From: Ramazzottius varieornatus
Lineage: Eukaryota > Animalia > Tardigrada
Assembly (NCBI GenBank): GCA_001949185.1
Contig: BDGG01000007.1
Span: 1,570,730-1,634,729 of the forward strand
Length of the DNA: 64,000 nt
Direction of reading: 5' to 3'
Shown here piece after piece: positions 12,321 through 25,438 of the stretch. The notes under the pieces were generated by a model. It was given only the letters and a program-made list of their open reading frames with translations. It searched no databases and was not told where the DNA came from. Position 1 is the stretch's first letter. Every line of letters starts with the position of its first letter. The translations under genes and the position numbers were made by a program.

Positions 12321-14733
12321 GTATTGTTGCCATTGTTTCGGCCTGTCTGGCTTGCCGCACAAGTCGGGTGGTAAAAGGATTGGCACTAGTGCACATATGG
12401 TGACCACACAGGAAAACATCCGTCTTTTTTGCCGCCCCGCATTAAGCCACAAAAAGACAAATGTCACGCACCTTACCGGAAACATGTCTAGGTGGGCATG
12501 TGGAAAGACATGCCACGACCGTTCTGCTATCTTATTAGCCGTAAGTATCAATATCGACAATACTCACCTGCTAGTTTTGCAGTGTACTATTGCGTGGAGG
12601 TGGCTTGGCTTGCCGAGTGGCTAGTGTTCCAATCAAGACTATACAAAATTCTCAAAAACCACTTAGGGGCAATGCCGGGTTTTCTAACCTCAACCACTCA
12701 GCGTTCATTTTTGAATTTCCCGAACCATTCGGAGAATTCGATTCATGGAGAATCTTGGGGTGTTCGGCCGAACTAAAGATCCAGCCGCGACGAATCATGA
12801 CAAAATTCGGAAAACACACTGCTTCTGAGCGGGTACTATTGCACTGCTGTCAATTCGAATACTTGTTTGATCTTTTAGGGCCTTTGCGGACAGAAAAGTC
12901 GTCAAAACATACGTCTGATTTATGGAGGCGTATGCCGGTGCACCGCTTCTGGTTCGCAGAACAGAAAAGGGTTTTGTCCATAGACTGGACAGAAATTTAG
13001 ATACATTCACGCTCCTGGACGAAAAAATTCACGAAGTAGAAGTTGCGACAACCTAAACGCGCGATAACACACCTCACGGTGTGGTATCAGGCTTCGCTCG
13101 CTCCGGTCTTAGATTTGAAATCTTGAAGCCGTTCCAAGGTCGAGAGGATCGTTAAAGTCTGATTCTTAGTTTTTAGTATCGGGTTTCCAGCATCAAGCGT
13201 TTTGATAAATCAGTCAATCAGTAGGAAAAATTTCGATATACGGTATATTGTTTTCCACCCTAAACTGGTCTGCTAGCCTACACCTGCTGCCCCCTGCCTA
13301 AATTTCCTTGACTATGCCTCTACGCCGTCACCCCAGACTTCTGAGGAACTTTGCCCAGACTCCGTTTCATTTCTCTCTGTCTTGGCATCACGGAGAATGA
13401 AAGTTGTTTCGTTTCTTTTGCCGAAGTCACAAGTGAAATTTAATGGATCGATTTCGACCGGGAGGCTGGAGCGCAAAATAGCTCAAGCACGTTCGACCAC
13501 TGTCCAGTATCGGTGGCCAAGGCCCACTAGCGATAGGAACGGGGTGGGAGGAGCGGATACTGGGTGTAGCGCCACTGTGGCGTTCCATTGTTTAATCCGC
13601 AAGCACTTCTCACTTCAGATTGATATTGCTGCCCTTCGTCTTTCCGTAAAGAGCCTAGACCAAAACCGGAATGTGAGGATGCAGAATCAAGACCACGGAA
13701 CGACGAAGACAGAGCAGTTTATCGTGGCGAGACTACTTGCAAGTCTGACTTCACGCAGGCCACTTGCTCTTGTCCCTAAGTTTAGTTTGTCTCGGGAGAC
13801 GACGGAGACGTAAACGTACATGCATCAAGACTGACCGTTGAGAAATAGCGCCACGGCACTGTGACGGCAGTTATCCGTTGATGACCAGCAGAATGATGTG
13901 TGATCGGGCTACGGCTGGACGTTAACAGCATTTGAGGAGGCACCTTCTTCCCAGGAACAACACAAGTAAGTTGCGGCTTTCTGTTCGGCAAATGTGAGCC
14001 GTTGGAACTTGACTGTTGGTACTTATCGTCATCAGTCCATTTATCACCTTTACGAATCACGATGGGGCGGCATGTGCTTAGTGTTATTGTGCTGGTGTGG
14101 CTTCCGGCTGTGACGAGTTTTCTCCTCTGGACATTATGGACTTTATCACGTGGCACTTTTGTGTTTACTGTATGTATGATTTTTTTTCTGTTGCAGTTTT
14201 GCTGCCATTATGGACCGAAGAATTGATATTGACGTCAGCCGCACATCGAAGGGTTTATCTGTGTGTTAGAGGTTGCGCAACGCTCTCGAGGCAGTTTGAG
14301 GCCTTGGAGAAAGATTGTACGTGAATGGCAGGATGGCAATGCTGAACGTCGATTTGCCCTTTTCATCATCCTTCACCTGCAGCCGGATTAAGAAAAAGCT
14401 CGCCAGGAAAGGCCGCAGCGATTTTGGGCAGCCGTTGAGCAAAGCTCTTTGATTGCAGGATTGCGGAAATCCTTCGTCAATCGAGCGAGCTAGAGCTGTG
14501 ATATTATCCTTGCCTGTCCCGCGTGTCACGACTCCTCCCAGCGTCCCCATGATTACCTCTTTTCCGCATATTCAGTCTAAATAGTGACAGTAAGTGGCAC
14601 AAGAAGTGTTTCCTCCAGTATCTGCGTTTGATTATGTTAAGTTATTTCCGTTGCAGGTTTAGCTTAGTTCGAGGATTCTTTAGGCGTGCTAAAGAGGAGA
14701 AAGGAGAAAGAAGAAAGAGCCAGCCGACACATC

Positions 14734-17700
14734 ATGTCGAAGATCAGTCAAGGACAGCAGTATTCGCCGGTGCCGCCGTTTGAAGATCATGGTAAGTTTC
14801 TTTCTCACTGCGTGGTCTGCGTCTTCTTGTATGGATAAGTTCCGTCGCATTAACCGTTACAGTATACGTTGGTTCGTGGGACTGGTACTTTCAAATATTT
14901 CATCGAGATGATAATGTGTTTTTGCGGTCCGTGAACGAAGAGTGTGATGGACAGATCTGGAACAGAGGGGACAATGTCCGAATGTCGAGCTGGTGCGTAC
15001 ACAAGGAGACGGTCGTGTTATATGTGGGTCTTGAGGAAGAGCAACGGCTAGTCCCTTGTTGGTACTCTCGTCAACATGACATTGTCTTGGATTAAAAGTC
15101 TGTCAGAGCAACACGTGCCGTCGTCCGTCATGCAAAGCATGTTGACGAAGTGCGTTCCAGTGGGAGACCACATAGTTGCCAGCGAGTACTACCTCCGTCA
15201 AATACTATGAAGTATAATAGCCATAGTACGCCCTGTTGACTTCATCGCAAGAGTCAGGAAGTTTTCATCATTGTCATCACCAGCATCTCAAGTGCTTTCT
15301 TGCTGATAGCGCGATCACCACAAATTCTTGGACCTACTTGACATTCAAATAACCAAAGGTTTGCGTATGTTGTAACCATTTGTCTTTTGAACAGGCGCGG
15401 CCGGAACTCTGGGCCTTCATAGCAAGCATGGCGAGGACCGTTTCATGATCATCTCCGAATCCAATCTTCCCATGGCGGCGGCCACGCCCTTGCCTGTCGT
15501 CCATCACGTTATTCGCAAAAGCCCTTTACCTCTAGGTCTGTACCATAAGCTTTATATCTTTCATGCTCTGATAATACTCGAACGAACTACCAATCTCCTA
15601 TGATTGTTAGTTTTGAAATTCAGATGTGAATAACTCAGTCTTCCGAACCGTTGTTAGAACTGTTCCGCAAGTAGTTTTTGTCACCTATTTCTTGAAATGG
15701 GTGATTAATCATGTTGTCTGTTCCCTCACAGGTATCCGGCTGCTGCGGTACCTGAAAGTTCCCCTTCCCTCGTGTATCTCCCGACTGACGGCCTACCGCA
15801 TCACCATCCTTCTGTTAACCTACCTCTTTTATGTGGCGTATCATCTGGCGCGCCGACCCATGGGGTAAATATTTGATGTCGAACTCTATTTGCAGCGGCA
15901 GTGTCAAACCAGCTGGTGGTTTCCTTTAAGAAATGTGAACTGACTTTATCAGAGTTTGAAAGGCTGTACTGCCGCTGTAGCCACATTCATCTACGGAATT
16001 AAGATTGGAACGTAAACCAGTGGTTTCACCCAGATTGTTTTCCCAAGTGGCGCACACCTCAGCCTATAACAATAGAAAGGTGCGCCGCTTTAGGTAACGA
16101 TCTGGGTGAAATTATTTGCCGAAGTCCCAGATATCATTGAATGTTGTTTCCTGACAGCGTTTTCGTTTATGTTGCAGGGTTGTCAAGAACGTGTTACGGC
16201 AGAACTGCTCGGGTATGACGCCATCGGCCGATCCGAACCCGTGCCTGCACAACGGGACATGGTGCGGTTGGCCGCCCTTCCATCAAAACAGCTCTGCCCT
16301 CTTCTCCATCCTGGACTTTGTCTACCGCTTCTTCTATGCCGCGGGAATGATTGTCGCTGGTTTCATTGCTGAAAGAACGGACCTGCGCCACTTTGTTTCC
16401 TTCGGGATGGTGGCTGCCGGCCTGTGGGCAATCTTTAGCGGCATGGCCTATTTCTGGCAGGTGCACGCCTTCTCCTATTTTGTGGTGGCGCAGGTTTTTG
16501 GCGGAATCTTCCAGGGTACTGGCTGGCCTGCGGTCGTGCCACTGATGGGTATGTCAAGGTTTGACAAGATGAAGTGCCGAAACTGGGCCAAAGGGGGAAA
16601 ACAAAATTTAATTGGCTTGTTGATAAAATACTGAGGGACTTTACTGGCAAATCTAAGACGATAGAGTGCACGCTAAATAGCGAAAGGATGCTTCTTCTGT
16701 CACAGGCAACTGGTTTGGTCGTCATCGAATGGGAATCCTTTTCGGCATCTGGAATTCGCATACATCGGTCGGCAACATCTTGGGAGCCTTGATTGCCGGT
16801 GTGTGGGTCAACGATGAGTGGGGCTACAGTTTCATCGTTCCCGGCCTGGTATGTTTCTCCTCTCACCGTAAATGTCTGCAAAGTTCATCTGGCATGGGGC
16901 TTGTGAAAAATCATCGGGTCATTTATTTTCATGATAAAGATCATCGCGGGCTGCGGCATTCTGGCCTTCTTCTTTGTGGTAAGACAAGGATTACCTCTGT
17001 TACTGGCCACATGACTTTCGCTTTCCTTCTTTATGCAGTGTTCTTTGATGTTATACTATAGGTAGTCAAGCCGGAAGACGTTGATCTACCCTCACCCGAC
17101 CACTGTGATCCCGTTGGTCACAACACTACGGCTGTGACCGACTCGACTAACATTTCCCTCAATGAAGTACCCATCGTTGACACACCGTCGCTTGAGAAGC
17201 TTGGAGGATCACCGGCCGCTGTGGTGGAGGTCCTCGAGGAGAAGAAACCCATCGGAGTTTTACAGGTTAACCTGGACAATATTACGTCTGACATTCCTTG
17301 GCCTTCTAGCCTCATCTTCCCAGCCTTTCATTACAGGCTGTGATGATACCGGGAGTTGTCGAGTTCTCCTTATGCCTCTTCTTCTCCAAAGCAGTGTATT
17401 ACACCTTCTTCTTCTGGCTGCCCGTCTACATTAAGGACACGACAGAGGTGGGCAACCATATTGCTGCTGACCTGTCGGGTAGGTTGGAGGACCGTTTTTG
17501 CTCACCATGTCCTGATGCTGTTATAAGGTTGACTTTATTTTCTGTCACTTGCAGCCGTTTTTGACGCTGGTGGCATCGTGGGAGGGATCATTGCAGGTAC
17601 CGTGTAACCAGTCCCGTATTACTTTGACCAGCAAGTCTTTCATCCATTAGCCACGGTATAGTCGACTGGCCCACCTTAAGGCGATCATGGACGACGAACA

Positions 17701-19360
17701 CCATTGACAGTAAAACAATTTTATCCGCGCGAGCTGTAACAATTTTTGATATCTGGAGTGCTAATAGGATAGACAAAACACTTGGTGATAATGCCCAGGT
17801 GAGTTTGAACGCGCACCGTTGCTCATATTTCGGCAAAATATGGAAAAAGTCGCCGATTCCGGCTAACATTTGAACTATGCATCAAAATTTTTGCAATCGA
17901 TAGATCAGACCAATCCCAGATACATGCATCCGATCCACATCAGAAAGTTTAAAATTGGGCTCAGGAGAAATCGGCAAAAACTTTAAAGCCTTCCAGCTTC
18001 CGCATTTACTGGTCGATTTTGCCGGATCGGATGCATGTTCCGGAGATGCCTCTAACTTAATTTTCCAACCGAGACAACTTCCTCATTGCAAACGGTGTAA
18101 ATATTTTGTTGATATCGGGTGTTGGACGCTCGAATATGAAAAATATGCAAAAGACGAAAGTGATCGCGAAGTCATAAACAACAGGCAGCCACCTACAGTT
18201 CTTCGCTCAGCAGTCTCGCCCATGACAATGCTGCCCACTGTCCACTCGACCGTCCGGCGGCAATGATCTTTGGGATCCTAATGGATAATTAGCCGTACTT
18301 ACAGCATACTGTTCCTTTTGGGTTGTTTTGATCAGAAAGAAAGTATCTTTCGAAGCGCCTTCTTTGATCTGTGCAGCTTCCCTGTCTGAACTGTTTATCT
18401 GACGCTCAAGAGCATCTCATAAAATGAGAAAGTTTACGACTTGACACCTGATGTAATTTGGCATGGGTGATGGCCAGTGGCCACTCGCCCAGAACAGTAT
18501 GGGCGCAGCCTTTTGCACCGGCAAGAGTGGGCCGCGGTCAAGTGAGTGGCGCTGTCATCGAGAGAGACTTGCGGTACTTGGTCTTCGAACTGAGTTTGCA
18601 CGCTTTGCGTAATCGTGAAAATCTTGGCTTAAAATTTAAACGGTAGATCAAGCATCGGCCTATCTTTTGATACCATTATCTCCGTTGCAAAAACCAGCTC
18701 TCACTTTTTGAAATCCCGCGTCCATAATCCCCTTAAACTTGGGCGAGAATATGCATTGATACTTTCTGCAGCGCGTTGAAGGTTCTCTGTCTGGTGGCTG
18801 ACTTGTGGCCATAGAGTTATCCTTGCAGGGGCGGTATCGGACGCCACGGGAGCCAGTGCCTCCGTCTGCGGAGTCATGTTCGTCCTGGCCATTCCCTCGC
18901 TGTACTGCATGGTAGCCTACGTAGGCCATGGCTTGGCCGTCCTCATTGTGCTGCTCATCATCACCGGCCTTTTCGTCAATGGTCCCTACGCATTGATCAC
19001 CACCGCAGTATCCACCGATCTGGGGACGCGGCCTAGCCTGGTCAAGAACACGCACGCTTTGGCCACTGTGGCTGCAGGTAACAGTACTTTACACCTCACC
19101 TAACTAAAGCTATGATTGACCGATGGTCAATGTGCTTCTGTGTAGTGATCGACGGTATGGGGTCGCTGGGAAGCGCCTTTGGTCCGCTGGTGGCCGGCTT
19201 GATGTCGGTCTACGGCTGGCAAGGTGTCTTTTACTTCCTCATTGCCGCTCAAGTGGTCGGGACTCTGTGCCTGACGCGCCTCATCTATCGCGAAGTCCAG
19301 CACTTTCTTCACCAGCGTCGCAACAGAGGTGGCCGCCCGTCTGTCAAGACCATCCGGTAA
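14734..19360 (+). CDS. SLC37A2: SLC37A1/2-like MFS sugar-phosphate/phosphate exchanger (multi-exon)
   Basis: Motifs LTYLFYVAYHLARRP, WCGWPPF, FYAAGMIVAGFIAER, FQGTGWPAVV, GIWNSHTSVGNILG, IPGVVEFSLCLFFSK..YTFFFWLP, VNGPYALITTAVSTDLG, IDGMGSLG. 5' exons are less certain, and the A1-vs-A2 assignment is not resolvable. Confidence 0.9.
17680..18732. mobile_element. Non-autonomous DNA transposon with TTAA TSD (Kolobok-like) in an SLC37A intron
   Basis: TTAA|GGCGATCATGGACG ... CGTCCATAATCCCC|TTAA. TIRs match 12/14, the termini are purine-purine (GG..CC), and TTAA flanks both sides. Confidence 0.65.
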
Positions 19361-20106
19361 CCTTTCGAAAATTCGTCCATATCTTCTAGAGGTCAATTCA
19401 TAGCTTCGAGCTGATGTCAAGAAAAATGACCCTGGGTTCTTGACAGCAATGGAACTATGTCGACGGTCAAGCACAAGGTAGCGCCAACAGAGCTGCAAGA
19501 GGTCCCTGCCAATGGTCATCTACAGCCCCATTCCTCGACACCCACTCCCCGACGAGACTCTTCTTCTCCACTCAACTCTCAAACGTCTCCCGTCTAAGCA
19601 TCGGCAAACGTGGCGGTAGCTCTTCTCTCTCCCCATGCCAATGCACTTTCTTCCATTTGTTGCCCGTATCGAATTGGTACGTTCTTGTTTTTAATTTTTA
19701 CGCTGGGACTTCCTTTTCTCTTCCTGCTTCGATGATTTCCACGATATATACTTTGCACTGTGTGCATACAGAAACATGTAAAACAAGAATAGAAGTAAAA
19801 AAGTATAAAAATACAAATCAAGCCAGAAAACAAAGGAGAAAGCTACTCGAACAAAAAGCATCACCGATTATGCATGATGTAAAACGAATGAGGATAGCAT
19901 CGTCTTCAGTAAAATCTAACTTGAGACTTCTCTCCTCTCTCCGCAGATGCATCGATAGCGATCGAGATGAGCAAGGTGATAATAAATAAGCCAGTGTGGA
20001 CGATAAGGGAAAGACCAAAAGTGGCGACAAGGTAAAATAATGTTACACCAACAAAGAGCAGAGCAGTCCGTCCCAAGGTTCTCCCGCAGTAGAAAGACTG
20101 TGGCGG

Positions 20107-23100
20107 TTAGTGAGTGGCCTGGGCAGCGACGTTAGAAGGTTGTTCAAAGAGGGCCGTCAGGTTGTCCAGCAGCTCTTTAAAGTCTGGCCGGTGGGCAGCT
20201 TCAAAGGCCCAGCAGCGCTGCATAACAACGTAGAGGGAGGGAGGACAGGCTGGCGGTTGGGGCAGCCGTTGGCCTTGCCGTAGCCGTTCGGACAGGACGC
20301 GCAAGTCGCAAAAGTAGGGTGCGGCGGCAAAGCTAAACATTTCCCACAGCAAGACACCAAAGCTCCAGATGTCACTTTTGGCCGAATACTTGTGAAACTC
20401 AATCACTTCCGGTGCGTACCAGGCTAGCGGCACATCGCGGCCAAAGTGTTGTGTCATGTAGTAGCCGCCGGGCACCTCCAAGAAGCGCGCTAGACCAAAG
20501 TCGGAGATCTTGACGCGCAGGTCCTCGCTAACCAAAATGTTCCGCGCAGCCAAGTCTCGATGGACAATGTCCTTGCTCTACAGGGAGAGAAGTCGACTGA
20601 TTACACGACCTTCTTTCAAGACAAAAGGCAAAGCGGCAGAACTAACATGTAGATAAACCATGCCGTTAGCCACGTCCTTGGCAAAAGCTAATAACTGGAA
20701 GGTCTGCAGGGCATGCTGATGGTGACGGAGGTAAGCATTAAGCGCGCCATTCTCTACAAACTCCATGACCAACAAGGGCACCGGGTCCACACAGATACCC
20801 ACCGTCTCCACAATGTTGGGATGGACCAGCGACTTCATAATCTCCATCTCACTATAACATAGACCACCACATTTTCACTTGAACAGGATGGCAAAGCAGA
20901 GGGCGTCCGTTACAGCTTACTTGCGCATCTCGTCCATGATGGTGGCCAGGTTTCGCGATTCGCACTTGATCTGCTTCAGCTGTTTGACCGCCACAACGCG
21001 CGGCACATCCTCCGACAAGGGGTCGGTGTAGAGAGCCTTGTTGACTTCGCCATAGCGTCCTTCGCCCAGTCTTTCCATAATCTTGAGGGACGTCTCGTCG
21101 ATGGCCCAGGGATCGTAAGCTGTGCTGGCTTCGCCGTTCTGCATCAGGTCGTGCCTCAGACAGTTACCCGTCACCCGTAAGGCCGTCAGCGACTCGTTGG
21201 AGTCCGTCACGGCCAGGAAGGTGTTGTCGTCAAAGGAGGCGGCCGACAGCTGGTTCATCTGCCGCAGCAGCTCGCCCAGCTTGGGCCGCTTCTCGCTGTC
21301 GTCATTCCAACAAGACTGCATCACCCAGTGAACCTGCAATCGCGACACAGTGCTCTGAGTCATGACCACAAATCTACACAATTCAAACTTTGCGGAACGA
21401 TGTTATGAAAGCCGACTCGCGAGGTACACCAGCCAGGAGAAAGCGCTTACTGCGTCAGGGCACAGTTTAGGCTTGTCCAGGCGGAAGCCAGTCTTGTACA
21501 AATTCTCGGCTTCCATGATACCGGGAAGTGGTTCGGCGCCCAGCGCAAAAATCTCCCATAAGAGCGTGCCATAGGACCAGACGGAGAAATGGGCCAGTTC
21601 CGATGGCGCCGTCCGCTGGCCATTTTGGCTGATGAGGCCATTGTTAGCCGAACCAATATAGTTGTAGTGCGTCGGTGGCGAAGGACCAGTCCAGTGGATG
21701 CTGTGGGACAGGCTGACGGGCCCTAAGCGAATCTTGATGCTAGCCGCCTCGCTATATTCCGCCACAAAGATATTCTTACATCGAACCTATGATCAAGAGC
21801 CAAGACGTTGCATGATGCCTCGATAGGGCAATTACAACAGAGGAAAGAACCGACCTGCTGGTAGATAAAGTGATGCTCTTCCAGCCACCACAAGGCTTTG
21901 GCTACCTGAGTGGCGGCGTCGAGCAAGAGGCGCACCGTCAAGCGCCTTCGATGCTGCTTAAGAAAAGACTTGAAGTTACCGTGTGGAAAGTACTCCATGA
22001 CAATGCTCAAGGGATCGAGGATCAGACCAAAGCACTTGGCCGTCATGACGGAATTCTCGATGAACATCAAGTTCTGCATCGTCTGCAGAAACTTCTTGGT
22101 CAACTCCGGGTTGTTGACCACAGCCGCCTCTGAAAGCAGCAGAAAGACACATCGCACTTTAGTTAAGCGGAACATTTCATCTGGTAAGCCACCTTTGAGG
22201 CTCTTGACGGCCACAGAAATTTTGTAGCCTTGACCGTCCAGGCTTAGTTGAGCTCTTCGCACTATCGTCTGCTCGCCAGCCATAGGCTCATACTTGGCCA
22301 GGTAATGGACTCGGGAGGGTGGAATACAGGCGGGTGTAGCGCTGCCTTCTTCATACACTGCCACGTCTTTCGAAGAGCCATTGTGCGCTAGGAGGTTATT
22401 GTAGGCCGACTGCTGGAAAATGGCAAAGAGCTTCAAGCCCATCTTGTCACTCTCACTGGGCCGGATGCAGCTTCGCAGGCTTTTGAGCGAGGTGGCGGGG
22501 TCCGAGCTGGAACGGCTCAGCGGTGAAGAGGGAACCTTCAGTTTGGAGGAGAGAGTGTTGTGGCGCTTGTTCTCTTCGCCTCGGGCATAGTAGTCGACCA
22601 GGTGGCTGAGGCAGGAGAAGGAGCGCTTGGAATCGTGCAGGTGGTAGTTGTGGGGCCCTTCCTCCGATTCGACGTACAGCGAACGAAGGATACCGCCTTC
22701 TACATAGTCGATGCGGTAAGCATCATACTTGGACATGGACTGGCAAATGGTAAAGACGCCGTCGCCTTTATTCTTTAGCTTCTTCTCCCACATTAACTCC
22801 TTCTCCATTGGGCCATGACATTTTTCCTCTTTCAACTCCTATAAAGACAAAGCGCATAAGGCACGTGTAATATATTTAGTTGGGGGGATTACCCTTAGAG
22901 AAGGGTTGGTCATATAACAGCATAGATTGAAGAAGAAGCGCCGCGTCAGACGGTTATAACCATCGAGTAGTGCCACAAAGGACTCCGTTTCCTCCAAGGA
23001 CTCGCAACGCACAATGACCGGTGAGCCCGACAGGCGATTCAACTGAGCTGCACATTTCTCGCTGCGTAAGGAGATATCACAGACATCGCTGAGCTTCAGC

Positions 23101-24111
23101 CATTCTTTCCAGGCTTCCCTTCCGGCGGCGCTCTCCAGCCGTTCGACCACCACGCCCGACTCATAAGGACAGATACGAATGACTTCCAGCACCAGATTGG
23201 GGTTGATGCCCATGCGGATGCGAAATTTCTCGCTGGTATAGGAAGGCGCACATTGCAGAAGAAACTCTACATATTGCTCCTGTAAAGAGTAGGACACACC
23301 TTGGCTATACACAAGTTTGTTAGTGAATGGTGAGGAACTGGTCTACCTGTAGCTGGCTTGCTACAACGCCTTCGCACATCTTGTCTCGTTCCTGTAAAGT
23401 TTCCAGCATGTGTTTAGTGGACATATTTTTGAGCAGAGTATTCTTGACGCGCTGAGCCATGTTGCCGACCAAGCTGCGTTTGAAGAGATCTCGAGGCAGG
23501 TACTGGCCCGACTTGAGATTCTTGATGGCCTCCTCGGCCCCAATGTCCAGTCGCCTCATGTCGTATAGCATGTTGATAACGGCCAGTCCTTTGGCTTTGG
23601 CCATGTCATCTGCATCATCTTGGAAATCTCGGATGGACCCATTCACAAAGTCACAGCGACACTAGAAGCAGATACAGCCGACAATATGTATGGCTATACT
23701 TAGTATGGCTATAACAGTTAACTGTTATATGGATACCTGGAGAAAGACATGGTCAGCAGCGACGGGGCATTCTTTCGACAGCATGGCGATATCACAAAAG
23801 AAGCGCATCCGGAAATGCAGAATACTGTCGGGCGAGACCAGCTTACCCGGTGGGATCCAGTGGTCATGGCCATCGCGAAGAGCGAAGAGATGAGAAGCGA
23901 GAGGTTCGATTTGGCGCACTCGACAAGTGGCAAAGGACAGGTCTTCGGCAAAGCTGGTCTTCCCTCGCCTGATGCTTACTCCGTCACCGTCAGGCAGCAG
24001 TACTCTGTAGGTGATATGTTCTTCGTCCACCACCGGTAGCGTGGCTGTGGCGGAATACGTGCTGTAGGTCATCGACGCATCATAGGCCATATTCTCGTGC
24101 TGCTCCATCAT
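20107..24111 (-). CDS. JAK: Janus kinase (FERM-SH2-pseudokinase-tyrosine kinase), multi-exon
   Basis: FERM ([27 protein letters not shown]), SH2-like ([21 protein letters not shown]), pseudokinase (VAVK but no HRD/DFG; [12 protein letters not shown]), and kinase ([41 protein letters not shown]). Confidence 0.92.
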
Positions 24112-24199
24112 CGAAAGATCTCTTCGCGATCACAGCCCATGCATCTCCTGTTTCTCCCCGTATTCCAGCTCCGCAGTGTGTTCTTCCACTTCCATGGTC

Positions 24200-24593
24200 C
24201 CTGCAAGAAGATGAGTGTTCGGACTGAACGGGAACCAAGAATAGATATAAAGTATATATAGCGGAATAGTGGCGACAAGCCTGAGTGGCTCGGTCGCATT
24301 GCATCTACTGTGCATCTATAGCGGGCCATAGGTGTAAAAAGAAGCTCTTGGAATTTGGAAATGTTGAAATGGCGAGCCGGAAGGGTTTCCACGTATGTAC
24401 TACATTGAATTGTGATTTGTGAATCAATAAAATTCTACCTTAGTTTTATTTTCCTTCTCGAGACTCAGTAGAGAGGCCAAAATTTCCACTCACTAGAATC
24501 CGAGCAAACTTGGTGTTCACTTCTCCTTTTCAACGCGCTCGTAAGCTTAGAAGGGTGCATGGTTTGTTTTGACCCTGACGTTTAAGCTGTGCA
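24200..24593. promoter_or_regulatory. Probable bidirectional promoter/leader region between JAK and C8orf82
   Basis: Head-to-head genes with start codons <500 bp apart. Inferred from geometry only. Confidence 0.4.
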
Positions 24594-25438
24594 ATGTGCT
24601 GTACGTCCCGGTTGCAAGGGATTCTCCAGCGGACGATGAAGCGCGGTTTAGCAAGCTTCTCTTACGTGCAAGGACAGTCTCCTTCTCTTAAAGTGCGGGA
24701 GTACTTCTACTTCATTGATCATCAAGGACAGGTAAGATGATTGTGTGCTTCAAGTGCAAAACTTGTCCTGTCTGCTCGAAGACTACGCCTATGAGAAAAC
24801 GAGTGATATCATGTTTGCTTCCGGTGACGTCCTGCGCCAGTTAATCTGGAAGTCCGTTTAGTCCTTTCAAGACGGTCAAGCTCTTCGACTTGGCATCGCT
24901 GGACTGGAGTAGTGCTGAAAACTGTCCCTTATTAACTCCTTGTCTTTGACAGTTATTTCTGGACGACGTCAAGATCAAGAATTTCACAACCTGCTTCAAA
25001 GAGAAAAAGTTTCTTCAGTTCTTCTTTACGCGCCTTCGAAGGAACGAACTGGATCCACCACGCTATCCCGAATTTCCTTTCATCTCGCCTTGCGGAAGGG
25101 AACTCAACTTTGTTCGATGTGAAGATCGGCCAATCATTTATACCGAGCTGATAACGCAAGAGAATGGGCGCCAGTTTTTGAGTTACAATTTCGGCAAGGA
25201 ACTGTTGACAGTGCCTTTCGATCCATCACAGCTCAGTATGGACCAGAATGGCCGGGTCTACTATCCTTCACCCAAGGAGGAGCTGGGTCGCGCTTTGGTC
25301 AAATCTTCCCTGGCTGACGAGCTGAGTCCCTTCTTCGAGTTTGAAGATGGCGACGAGACGAGGCCGCCAAGATGGATCAACTGGAATGGCCAGAGAATAA
25401 CCCTGACTTCCGGTCCGCCACTCAGCAGTGAAGTCTGA
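24594..25438 (+). CDS. C8orf82: C8orf82/UPF0598 (DUF4505) homolog, two exons
   Basis: Exons 24594-24731 and 24953-25438: YVQGQSP..REYFYFIDHQGQ|LFLDD.KIKNFTTCFKEKKFLQFFF..SPCGRELNFVRCEDRPIIY. Confidence 0.88.
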
